Source of the DNA: an uncultured archaeon
GTDB taxonomy: Archaea > Iainarchaeota > Iainarchaeia > Iainarchaeales > 1-14-0-10-31-34
Direction of reading: 5' to 3'
Length of the DNA stretch: 64,000 nucleotides
Assembly (NCBI GenBank): GCA_964608675.1
Contig: CAZSOZ010000002.1
Location: forward strand, 128,305-192,304
Positions 41,301 through 49,216 of the stretch are shown piece after piece; positions within the stretch are counted from its first letter, which is position 1; each line of letters starts with the position of its first letter. A program made the translations under genes and the position numbers. Under the pieces are notes generated by a model. That model was given only the letters and a program-made list of their open reading frames with translations, searched no databases and was not told the DNA's origin.

Positions 41301-41849
41301 AGAAACATTCCTATTATCTGAATCAACAGAAACAACAGTAATTTTTATTTGGGCTCCAAACAAATCTTCAGAAGAACATGATTTGCTTTGTCCTTCAGAA
41401 ATTTCCAGTGCAGAATCACTTAAAAATCCTTGATCGCAGTCAAAAACAATCATTCGGCTTTTAGATGAAATATAACTGAATTCAGGAACAAAACCAACCA
41501 AAAATTCTGCTTCTGAACCACTAACAGAATTCACAGCAACCCAATAAGGAGAAAATTCATTTTCATTTTTTATTAACCTGTAAGCTCTTCCAGCAGGAAC
41601 ATTCAGCAAAACAGTGTTATTGTTTTCAAAATAATATTGTTCTGCAAAAGAAGCCTGATAAGAAGCAAGAGAAAAAGCAGTTCCTGCATTCTTCAATAAA
41701 GTATCTGAAATAATTCCTGCAGAAACATCAGGTTTAATTTGAGCTTGACCTAAAGAATCATAATAAAAAACATTTGAATAAACTTCAGAAAAAACAATTG
41801 AAGAAAACAAAACCAAAAACAAAACAAACACAATTTTTTTCATCAGCAT
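38400..41849 (-). CDS. Large secreted protein with C-terminal lytic transglycosylase (SLT/GH23) domain
   Basis: Signal peptide; AIIYAESSFDPEAVG (catalytic Glu), SYGLMQL, NIEAGTTYF, ARYNS, YTAKV. Confidence 0.88.
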   Translation of the reverse strand: MLMKKIVFVLFLVLFSSIVFSEVYSNVFYYDSLGQAQIKPDVSAGIISDTLLKNAGTAFSLASYQASFAEQYYFENNNTVLLNVPAGRAYRLIKNENEFSPYWVAVNSVSGSEAEFLVGFVPEFSYISSKSRMIVFDCDQGFLSDSALEISEGQSKSCSSEDLFGAQIKITVVSVDSDNRNVSFSIEYSERLKEFPLALNSEENKFTFNFSEKELKLEGLPFYVFNFGEDVYKKIPSLEFSFIPNYKENTDFFGKALILTDDFIVYSWYGSANLVNFSVKPHLIDSLSKPPSKQNVLSRMKKTNQRTLLLYPALKYSEADLSKLDFSLLEMPEEQETNTELIQSGETLLAEVQQGEYKVKVQPKYCIKPGVFDSDCPEWVSEKFVVETQPTQIDLQDTQFDFDSFKFDLVMTSDVFSALNQAGTESIVVDDSGNKIEAEFLSARKGGFAEEYLNELYGMNKWCNFQENTFCSEKENLIVSPVKVSGIADSYKIKILESYLTNAFEEKITENTVVIPENVIKTVIPTEKFKVKVFVGKNNFDLLDSLNWEQIVFVDSAESKSDFTVIEKNEKENSFTVELTKGKKYDFFILFSEKTRLWGYYSRTNKLIDETVSEIDLKDVVFGKSSSVLDKSKTGEKLLFFKNLSRENPAVYENLQVKSVNNKTVTKLKGVPSYYVELPKETQTIEILLENYENDRQAFFSVGETGKVIIPETTKTNFTSIYPNIDGLLEFDFSEIENGKTFSVKSFPLNEQMKITVNNWDGSTLQFFVCQDKTGDSKCDLIGYSSDGKEILGGTFSEPNFEAASIEVRLSSEPEPVLAELDVQIKTLCVKPDEDSCVVPEDIKNKAEDKIREEICKGKSVCNTMGDVINVDAEKINIESIIVEGTVYIYNFKPDKSSVVLSEGKKETVVFEAQVSEKKTTVRTGKQSTECVNAMQDARDFESEINKYAEKYEIDADLIRAIIYAESSFDPEAVGDEGTKKSYGLMQLYEDNLDNWSDIFGLDWKENGTWKNSEKNIEAGTTYFRELEEKFESACDSELNTVLPSTASAKATWKNAITVARYNSSSAGCTSLGKAGDYTAKVLAWFRIFTENYGRKNELGEDYCKPTETKVVSVKPVEEITVIEACETCKTIRECLACVDYKFVSGIFE

Positions 41850-42454
41850 ATCCTCTCCAGTTCATTCAATACAGTCTGATTTTCTAATTCAGTTGAAGAA
41901 AAACTTGTTTCATCAGCTAAAAAAGAAACAAGATTTGCTTTTTCTTCAAAACCAGAATGAAGTTCATTAAAAGCATAAATTAATTCATTAACAGAATGCA
42001 TTTTCTGGTTCAACAAAAGAGTGTTTTTTCCAATAAACTCTAAATCAGTTTTGTTTTCACACAAACTGCTTCCATTAATGTTTTTTGATTCAAGCAAATC
42101 CTTTTTTTCTTTTATTTTTAAAGCCAAATTTAGTTCATCTGCCAAAAGAAGATGAATTTCAATTAAATCCTTTAATGCTTCAATGTCTTTTGTTTCCTGC
42201 ATTTCATCCAAAGAACTCTGATAAACAGTTAAATCATCATACAATCCTTCTAAATCCCCAGAAGAAAACTTTATTTCCTGCGAATCATTAATCAAATAAT
42301 CAGGATTAACATTATTTTTCTGCCATAAAGCATTTATTTCATTCACTCCATCAGAAAAAGAAATTGTTTCCTTTTTTTGTTCAGAAAAAAAAACTAAATA
42401 AAAGCCTGCCAAAACAATCAAAACAATCAAGCCTGCAAAAACCTTTGAATCCAT
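41843..42454 (-). CDS. N-terminally anchored helical protein (paralog of 43492..44091)
   Basis: TM ..FFSEQ, SFSDGVNEIN, EIHL, LC, FNE..EKA, ends in Cys. Confidence 0.75.
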   Translation of the reverse strand: MDSKVFAGLIVLIVLAGFYLVFFSEQKKETISFSDGVNEINALWQKNNVNPDYLINDSQEIKFSSGDLEGLYDDLTVYQSSLDEMQETKDIEALKDLIEIHLLLADELNLALKIKEKKDLLESKNINGSSLCENKTDLEFIGKNTLLLNQKMHSVNELIYAFNELHSGFEEKANLVSFLADETSFSSTELENQTVLNELERIC

Positions 42455-43498
42455 TCAATCACTCACCGCGCAATTCATTACATCACAATATTTAATAAGA
42501 ATATTTTCATTCAACAAATTTTGGATTTCAATAAGGTCTGCACCAGAAGGAATAGGTTTTAGTTTATCTCCTAAATCATTATCAGTGTCATTATCAGTGT
42601 CTTCAGATGGTTTTTCTTCGCTTAATGCATCAGAATCATTTAATTTAACTTCAATATTAAAAAAATATTCTTTTCCTTTGCTTGAATCCTCAGTATATTT
42701 TTCTGTTTCCTCTGCATTAAAAGAAATTTTCACTGAACCAAAAGAATCGCAATCAACTTTTTTTCCGTCAGAATCAAACAATACTTCAATGTTTTCGCAA
42801 AAAACATTATTGGTTTCTCTTTGCATTATTTTAAAAACAGCCTTTTCTTCTTTCTCAAATGAAGACAAATGAATGTCTGCATTTGTTTTAAGGTTTCCGC
42901 TTTTAATTCTTGTGATTCTGCCTATTTCACTTGAATCAAAAATACTAAATTGTTGTGAAATGCTCCGAAAATCTGCTTCAGAAACAGTTTTTCCAAACAC
43001 CAAAGCCAAATACTCCTTAAATGCATCTTCAGCATACAAATTTATTTGCAATTCAAGGGCTTTTGAATCAGGTTTTTCAGAAACAGTTAAACCAACTAAA
43101 TCCACATCTTTTCTAAATATTCCACGCTGGGTATCACATACAACGCTCTGGGGATACTTATCTTCGAGGTATCCGTAAATATTCCAATTTTCATAACCCA
43201 AAGGACCGCAGTCAAGTTTTTTTTCAGAAAAAAATCCCTGAGGATCAAATTTAGAGGAAATCTGAAAAGAAGAATAAATTGAAAACTCAAAATTTCCATT
43301 TGAAGGAAAAACGCTTTTGCTTACTCCAACTTTTACTGTTCCCCTTTCATTCAAAACAGGAATTTCACAAAAAGAATCAGAAGGAAAAACACCAGAATAA
43401 GAAGTGCCTGAACCTTGACACGTTACTCTTGTTTCAGCAGAAACAAAAGAAAAAATTAAAAGAAAAACAAACAATAAAAACAATTTTTTCATCAGCAA
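42455..43498 (-). CDS. Secreted Cys-containing hypothetical protein
   Basis: MLMKKLF signal peptide, near-identical in style to that of 38400..41849. Confidence 0.75.
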   Translation of the reverse strand: MLMKKLFLLFVFLLIFSFVSAETRVTCQGSGTSYSGVFPSDSFCEIPVLNERGTVKVGVSKSVFPSNGNFEFSIYSSFQISSKFDPQGFFSEKKLDCGPLGYENWNIYGYLEDKYPQSVVCDTQRGIFRKDVDLVGLTVSEKPDSKALELQINLYAEDAFKEYLALVFGKTVSEADFRSISQQFSIFDSSEIGRITRIKSGNLKTNADIHLSSFEKEEKAVFKIMQRETNNVFCENIEVLFDSDGKKVDCDSFGSVKISFNAEETEKYTEDSSKGKEYFFNIEVKLNDSDALSEEKPSEDTDNDTDNDLGDKLKPIPSGADLIEIQNLLNENILIKYCDVMNCAVSD

Positions 43499-44091
43499 AC
43501 CCCCTGCAGGACCAAAAGAACTGCTTGTAATTCAGACAGGTTTTCCTGAGAATTCACTGCAAGCTCAAGACGTGATATTTCAGCTTTCTCTGCTTCTTCT
43601 GGGAATTCAGAAGAAAAAATAATTATTTTTTCATTAAATGAATCAGAAAAATTTTTCTGCAAAATAAGATTCTGCTGTAGTTCTTCTGCTTTATTCATCG
43701 AATCACACAAAACATCAAAATCATATTCAGAGGACTCAAAAAAATCAATTAACTTAAAATTTTTTTTTTGAAGCAAAGCATTCTCCACTAAATCCAAATG
43801 AGTTTCTGTTAACATTAAAAGTTTTTCTTTGTCTTCAGATTTTTCCTGTTTTTCCACCAAAGACTGAAATTCAATTAAATCAGATTTTAATGCATTTAAT
43901 TTGCTTTCATTCAAAGAATTAACTTTAATAGGATTAATTAAATCCTTTGAATTTAATTCCTGTTTTTCATAAAAAGAATTGATTTCAGTTAAACCTGAAT
44001 CAAAAGAATACGCTTGCTGAGAAAAAAAAACAAAATAAAAAGCAACAGCAACAACTGCAACAGCCAAAACAACCAAATAACTCTTGTTCAT
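43492..44091 (-). CDS. N-terminally anchored helical protein (paralog of 41843..42454)
   Basis: TM ..FFSQQ, SFDSGLTEIN, ETHL, LC, FNE..EKA, ends in Cys. Confidence 0.75.
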   Translation of the reverse strand: MNKSYLVVLAVAVVAVAFYFVFFSQQAYSFDSGLTEINSFYEKQELNSKDLINPIKVNSLNESKLNALKSDLIEFQSLVEKQEKSEDKEKLLMLTETHLDLVENALLQKKNFKLIDFFESSEYDFDVLCDSMNKAEELQQNLILQKNFSDSFNEKIIIFSSEFPEEAEKAEISRLELAVNSQENLSELQAVLLVLQGVC

Positions 44092-44227
44092 TAAACCACT
44101 AAAAATAATTACACAATAGATAGATATAAAGGTTTTTTCTATTTAAAGCTTTCCTTGCCCCTCCAAAAACAGCAAAAAAAAGGTTTATTAATAAAGAAAA
44201 GTGTTTTTTTATTAAGGTGAAAAAAAA

Positions 44228-44731
44228 ATGCATGTAAAAGATGCAATAAAAGAAAGAAGAAGCATAAGAAAATTCAAAGAAAAAGAAATTGAATCAGAAA
44301 AAATTGAATTATTAAAAGAAGCATTAATTTGGGCGCCAAGTGCAGCAAACCTGCAGGCAAGAAAGTTTTATTTTGTTTCAGGAAAAACAAAAGAAAAATT
44401 AAATCAAGCATTTCACCAGGAATGGGTAAAAAAACTTCCTTTAGTAATTGTAGCCTGCGGAAACAAAAAAGAAACAACAGAAAAATTTGGAGCAGAAAAT
44501 GCAGACAAATACAATTATCTTGATACAGCTGCAAGCATTGAAAACTTCATGCTTCAGGCAGTAGAATTAGAATTAGGAACCTGCTGGATAGGAAAAATAG
44601 ACAAACAAAAAGCAAAAGAAATACTCGAAATTCCAGAAGAATTACAAGTAGTGTGCGGTTTAGCAGTAGGATACCCTGCAGAAAAAGGAGAAAAAAAAAC
44701 AAGAAAAAGCATTTTTGAAGAAAAAAAATAA
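44228..44731 (+). CDS. Nitroreductase family protein
   Basis: RRSIRKF, APSAANLQ, ENFMLQAVELELGTCWIG, VGYP. Confidence 0.93.
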   Translation: MHVKDAIKERRSIRKFKEKEIESEKIELLKEALIWAPSAANLQARKFYFVSGKTKEKLNQAFHQEWVKKLPLVIVACGNKKETTEKFGAENADKYNYLDTAASIENFMLQAVELELGTCWIGKIDKQKAKEILEIPEELQVVCGLAVGYPAEKGEKKTRKSIFEEKK

Positions 44732-44747
44732 AACAAAGGCAAAAAAA

Positions 44748-45209
44748 ATGGCTTGGAAAGAAGACAAACAAAAACTTGAAAGATTTATTGAAGTGCATTA
44801 CAATAGAATTAATGCTTATGTTCATGCACAAAAAACACAAGCAGACAAAAAAGAAATAAGAAAACATTTATCTGTAGCAGAAGTAGCATTAAGAAAAGCA
44901 GAAGAACTCGCAAAACAAATAAAGAAAAAAATAAACAACCCAAAATACTATATTAACAAACAAAACAGAAAAGAATTAATCATGCTTTTAAATAAAACAG
45001 AAAGATTTCAAGCAGAAAAAAAAATCAGGGATTTAAAAAAATTACAGGAAAAAGGAAGACAAAAAATAAAAGAAACAAGAAAAAAAGAAAAACTAGGAAA
45101 AGAAAGATGGAAAAAAATAAAAGAAATTAAAAAAAAACACAGGCTGTTTCCTTACACCAAACAAAAACAAAAACAAAGAAGCAGAATTCTAATAATAAAA
45201 CCAAAATAA
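44748..45209 (+). CDS. Highly basic helical orphan protein
   Basis: Open frame with host-like codon bias; K/R-rich; start uncertain. Confidence 0.6.
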   Translation: MAWKEDKQKLERFIEVHYNRINAYVHAQKTQADKKEIRKHLSVAEVALRKAEELAKQIKKKINNPKYYINKQNRKELIMLLNKTERFQAEKKIRDLKKLQEKGRQKIKETRKKEKLGKERWKKIKEIKKKHRLFPYTKQKQKQRSRILIIKPK

Positions 45210-45214
45210 GTCAA

Positions 45215-48049
45215 TCAAAAACTAAAATAAAAATCTCTTTCCAAAAGCTTTTTTTTCGAGTCTTCTTTTAAAATTATTTTTGTATTAGTGTTTTCTTCAA
45301 TTTCTTTTTTGAATTCATCCAAAAACTTTTTGTCAGAGCAGTCAAATTTCATTTCAACGATTTCATTAGGATTAAATCCTTTCTTTTTTCTTTCAGACTG
45401 AATTAATCTGGTTAATTCAGCGAGCTCCCATTCTTTTTTTAAATCAGAATCAGCTTCAATATTCAAATGCACACAAAGCTCTTTGCTTAATTCCAAAGAA
45501 GAATAATTTCCTTCAGGTTTTGATTTTGAAACTAAAACTTTTTTTACGTTAACCATCAAAGCAAGAATGTCTTTTGTATTAGAAAAATCTTTTTTTGTTT
45601 CCAAAACCAGTTCTTTTAACTGCCACCTCAGCCTTAATTTTTCTTTTTCCCTTAAAGACAAAACAGCCTGAGAAATTTCTTTAACCAAAGAAAATTCTTT
45701 CTCTAAATCCAAGTCAATCAATTTTTTGTTTGCTTCAGGGAAAGCAAGCAAATGAACTGACTCAGGAAAATTTTTTTCTTCAGAGTAATCCAAATAAATG
45801 TATTCAGTTAAATGAGGCAGAACTGGAGCCATCAGCTTAATTAAATTGCTTAAAACATAATTCATTACATTAGAAACAATTTTGTCTTTTCTGTTTCTAA
45901 TTAATTTAATGTAAGTCCTGCTGAATTCCTCTGAAACAAACCAATTCAAATTTGAAACCAATTTAGGATAAACATATTTTTCATAGGAATCAAATGAATC
46001 CTTAATCAAAGAATTCAATTTAGAAACAATCCATTTGTCTTCAGGCCTTAAATTTTTTAAATGCTTTTCTTCAATTAAAGGATTTTTTTCCAAATACAAA
46101 TTCAAATAATTATATGAATTAAATAAAATACTAAAAAACTTGTTTACTTCCCTGAAAGCATTCCAGTCAAAAACAATATCTTCTCCTTTTGACTGAGAAC
46201 AAAAATAATACCTCAAAAAATCCCTGTTATATTTCTGAATAACTTCTTTGGGCTGAATTGCATTTCCTTTTGATTTAGACATTTTTTTTTTGCCTAAATC
46301 CAATACCATTCCATGAACCATAATATTTTTGTAAGGAGATTCATCAAAAGAAATAGTTGAAGTAATTAACTGGGAATTCCACCAGCCCCTAACCTGTTCA
46401 GTTGCTTCGATGTTTAAGTCAGCAGGCCAAAATTTTTCAAACAAATCTTTTTTTTGAGGATAATTTAATGCAGCCCAAGAACTGACTCCTGCATCAAACC
46501 AAACATCCAATACTTCCGAAACCCTCTCAAAAATTCCCCCGCAATCACAATTAAATTTAATTTCATCAATTTCAGGTTTATGCAAATCAATTTTTTCAGG
46601 AACATCTGCTTCTTTTTTTAATTCATTCAGTGAACCAAACACTTTTCTTTGACTGCAGTCACTGCAAACCCAAATTGGAAGCGGAGTACCCCAATATCTT
46701 GCTCTTGAAATAGGCCAATCAGACAAAGATTCAATCCAGTTTTTCATTCTGTCATGCATCCAAGAAGGAACCCAATTGTTTTCTGAATTCAATTCAAGCA
46801 TTCTTTTCCTGATTGAACTCACCTTAAAAAACCACTGTGGAACAGACACCATTAACAAAGGAGTTTTGCATCTCCAGCAAACAGGATAATCATGAGTATA
46901 AAGATGTTCAAATACAAGAAAATTCATTTCCTTTAAATCAGAAACAATTTCTTTGTCAACAATTCTTGCTTTTTTTCCTTTATATTTTCCTGCTTCTTCA
47001 GTCATTTGGCCGTTCAAAGAAACAGGAGACAAAGAAGGCAGATTATTTTCTTTTCCTACTTCAAAATCTTCTTTTCCGTGGCCCGGAGCAGTATGCACTA
47101 AACCGGTTCCTTCTTCTAAATTAACATAACGGGAACTCAAAACAATTCTGTATCCTTGGCTCATGTCAGGCAAACTCAAATTTTTTGTTAAAGGATTATC
47201 ATACCTCCAGCCCTCCAAATCTTTTCCTTTCCAAACTTTTTTTTCAGTAAACCCTGCTTCAACTGCATCCATTAATTTCTGAACAAGCTCTTTTGCAATA
47301 ATCCAGTGTTCACCAGTGGATAATTCAATCTCTGAATACTCGTAATCAGGATGCGCCATTACTCCAGTGTTTGCAGGCAAAGTCCAAGGCGTAGTAGTCC
47401 AAATAATCAAAAAAGTGTTTTCTTTTTCTTTTAACGGAAATTTAACGTAAACTGAATTATCTGTCTGCTTAATGTATTCAATTTCATTAAATGAAACAGC
47501 TGTCTCGCATCTAGGGCAGACATGAACAGAATATTTATCCAAATACAATAATTTTTTTTCTTCTGCTTTCTTAAACGTCCACCAAATGCTTTCAATGTAT
47601 TCATTTTTAAGTGTAATATAAGGATTATTCCAATCCATCCAAACTCCAAGGTTGTCAAACTGCTGGTTTTGCTGGTCAATAAATTCAGTTGCATACTTTC
47701 TGCATTTTTCAACAAACTTTTTTACTCCAAATTTTTCTATGTCCTGCTTTGATTTTGTTTTTAATTCTTTTTCAACCTGAAATTCAATCGGAGTTCCATG
47801 AGTATCATATCCTGCTCTGTCAAAAACATTAAATGAATTCATTCTCTTATAGCGGATTGCAGTATCCTTCAAAATTTTGTTTAAAGCAGTACCCATATGA
47901 ATATGGCCTGTTGCATAAGGCGGGCCGTCCATAAAATAAAAATATTTTTTTTGTTCAGCGCTCTGCTTTCTTACTTTTTCCGGGACCCTATTTTTTTTCC
48001 AATACTTTCTGATTTCTTCTTCTTTTTTCAAAGAATAATTTTCCAACAC
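45215..48049 (-). CDS. ileS: Isoleucyl-tRNA synthetase
   Basis: DGPPYATGHIHMG, WTTTPWTLP, GTGLVH, DWPISR.RYWG, KMSKS; probable GTG start 48049. Confidence 0.97.
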   Translation of the reverse strand: MLENYSLKKEEEIRKYWKKNRVPEKVRKQSAEQKKYFYFMDGPPYATGHIHMGTALNKILKDTAIRYKRMNSFNVFDRAGYDTHGTPIEFQVEKELKTKSKQDIEKFGVKKFVEKCRKYATEFIDQQNQQFDNLGVWMDWNNPYITLKNEYIESIWWTFKKAEEKKLLYLDKYSVHVCPRCETAVSFNEIEYIKQTDNSVYVKFPLKEKENTFLIIWTTTPWTLPANTGVMAHPDYEYSEIELSTGEHWIIAKELVQKLMDAVEAGFTEKKVWKGKDLEGWRYDNPLTKNLSLPDMSQGYRIVLSSRYVNLEEGTGLVHTAPGHGKEDFEVGKENNLPSLSPVSLNGQMTEEAGKYKGKKARIVDKEIVSDLKEMNFLVFEHLYTHDYPVCWRCKTPLLMVSVPQWFFKVSSIRKRMLELNSENNWVPSWMHDRMKNWIESLSDWPISRARYWGTPLPIWVCSDCSQRKVFGSLNELKKEADVPEKIDLHKPEIDEIKFNCDCGGIFERVSEVLDVWFDAGVSSWAALNYPQKKDLFEKFWPADLNIEATEQVRGWWNSQLITSTISFDESPYKNIMVHGMVLDLGKKKMSKSKGNAIQPKEVIQKYNRDFLRYYFCSQSKGEDIVFDWNAFREVNKFFSILFNSYNYLNLYLEKNPLIEEKHLKNLRPEDKWIVSKLNSLIKDSFDSYEKYVYPKLVSNLNWFVSEEFSRTYIKLIRNRKDKIVSNVMNYVLSNLIKLMAPVLPHLTEYIYLDYSEEKNFPESVHLLAFPEANKKLIDLDLEKEFSLVKEISQAVLSLREKEKLRLRWQLKELVLETKKDFSNTKDILALMVNVKKVLVSKSKPEGNYSSLELSKELCVHLNIEADSDLKKEWELAELTRLIQSERKKKGFNPNEIVEMKFDCSDKKFLDEFKKEIEENTNTKIILKEDSKKKLLERDFYFSF

Positions 48050-48090
48050 TTTAAACCACTGTCTTGTTAGTTTTCGCATAGCGAAAACCT

Positions 48091-48123
48091 TTTTTGATAA
48101 ACCTTTTTTGCAAAAAAAGGTTT
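48091..48123. repeat. Dispersed palindromic repeat, copy 3 (inverted)
   Basis: Reverse complement is AAACCTTTTTTTGCAAAAAAGGTTTATCAAAAA. Confidence 0.55.
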
Positions 48124-48197
48124 GGGCACGGGAGGATTTGAACCCCCGACTCCTGGTGTATAAGACCAGTGCTCTAACCAGGCTGAGCTACGCGCCC
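48123..48197 (-). tRNA. tRNA-Ile (anticodon UAU), intronless, CCA not encoded
   Basis: GGGCGCG/CGTGCCC acceptor stem, D-arm AGCTCAGCCTGGTTAGAGC, anticodon arm CTGGT-CTTATAC-ACCAG, T-arm GGGGG-TTCAAAT-CCTCC, discriminator A. Confidence 0.93.
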
Positions 48198-48464
48198 AAC
48201 TATCACGCCCAATTGACATGCGTGCACGGCATTCGCTTCGCTCAACCGAGCTGTCATAGTCAATGAACATGCATAAACAAAATAAAATCAATAAAATCCT
48301 TAAATAACTATCCAAATCAAAAAAAGAATCTAAGCCTGTGTATTTCTTCATCCCTTCTCATAAGCAACAATAAAAAATTGGTTGAAATTTGTTTTTAAAG
48401 TTATGCAAACTAAAAAAACAAAAAAAGAATCAAAGAAAAATTAGGAAATGCATCAAAAAAAACT

Positions 48465-49115
48465 TTAGAATTGCTCTTTATGTTCAACTGAATGCATTAT
48501 TAAGTCTGCAAGAGTCTTCAAGCTTAAAAATAAAACAACAACAAAAGCTGAACCAATTCCTGTCGCCAAAAAGATTCCTCCAAAAATAATAGTTAAATGC
48601 ATTGGAATAATTCTAGCATAAGGAAACATCATAATTTTTCCAAGATTTGGTTTTATTTTCTTGGGCTTGTTTCTGAAATACAAAAAAGAAAACAAATGAT
48701 TAAAGAAAAAAATTATTCCGCCTAAAACCACAAAACCAAAATCAAAAAAAATAGTTCCGGAAAAAATTGCTGAAGCAAAAGAAAAACCGCTTAAAAAAAC
48801 TGCATAAACTAAATGAAAAAAACCGTAATGAAAAACAAAAAATACTGCTGAACCAAATTTGGCGGCCTGAATTGAAAGAAGTGGTTTTCCATTAGATAAA
48901 TAGCTTTCAGTTGAAAAATCCTTTAAAGTCAAAATCCTCAAAAAATTAAAGAAACCAATAATAACGCTTTGAAGCCAGTAAGTCCACAAAATAATCATTA
49001 CACTCCAATTAAAAGCAACAGCCAAAAAAATTGTAATTAAATTAGATAAAACCAAAACTTTTGCTGAAGCATCTTTTTGAACTGCTTTAATTAAATTTGA
49101 AAAAGAAAAATTCAT
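48465..49115 (-). CDS. DUF6498-like membrane protein
   Basis: YWLQSVIIG, FFVFHYGFFHLVY, PYARIIPMHLTIIFG, LKTLADL..H. Confidence 0.75.
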   Translation of the reverse strand: MNFSFSNLIKAVQKDASAKVLVLSNLITIFLAVAFNWSVMIILWTYWLQSVIIGFFNFLRILTLKDFSTESYLSNGKPLLSIQAAKFGSAVFFVFHYGFFHLVYAVFLSGFSFASAIFSGTIFFDFGFVVLGGIIFFFNHLFSFLYFRNKPKKIKPNLGKIMMFPYARIIPMHLTIIFGGIFLATGIGSAFVVVLFLSLKTLADLIMHSVEHKEQF

Positions 49116-49216
49116 GATAAAAAATACTAATTAGATAAATAAAAAGTTTTGCATAAAAAAAAAGCATTAAAATAAATAACAATGGAAAAAAAAAGAAAAA
49201 GAAATTAAAAAAGGAA

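Noticed and set aside
42577..42602. 12-nt tandem repeat (DTDN x2)
   Set aside because: Short in-frame linker duplication with no further significance evident.
48050..48270. T-box riboswitch upstream of ileS
   Set aside because: No UGGNACC antiterminator bulge or specifier stem; the structured region is a tRNA gene plus hairpins.
48067..48351. 94-aa ORF upstream of ileS
   Set aside because: It overlaps the tRNA gene; the translation is an artefact of the tRNA sequence.
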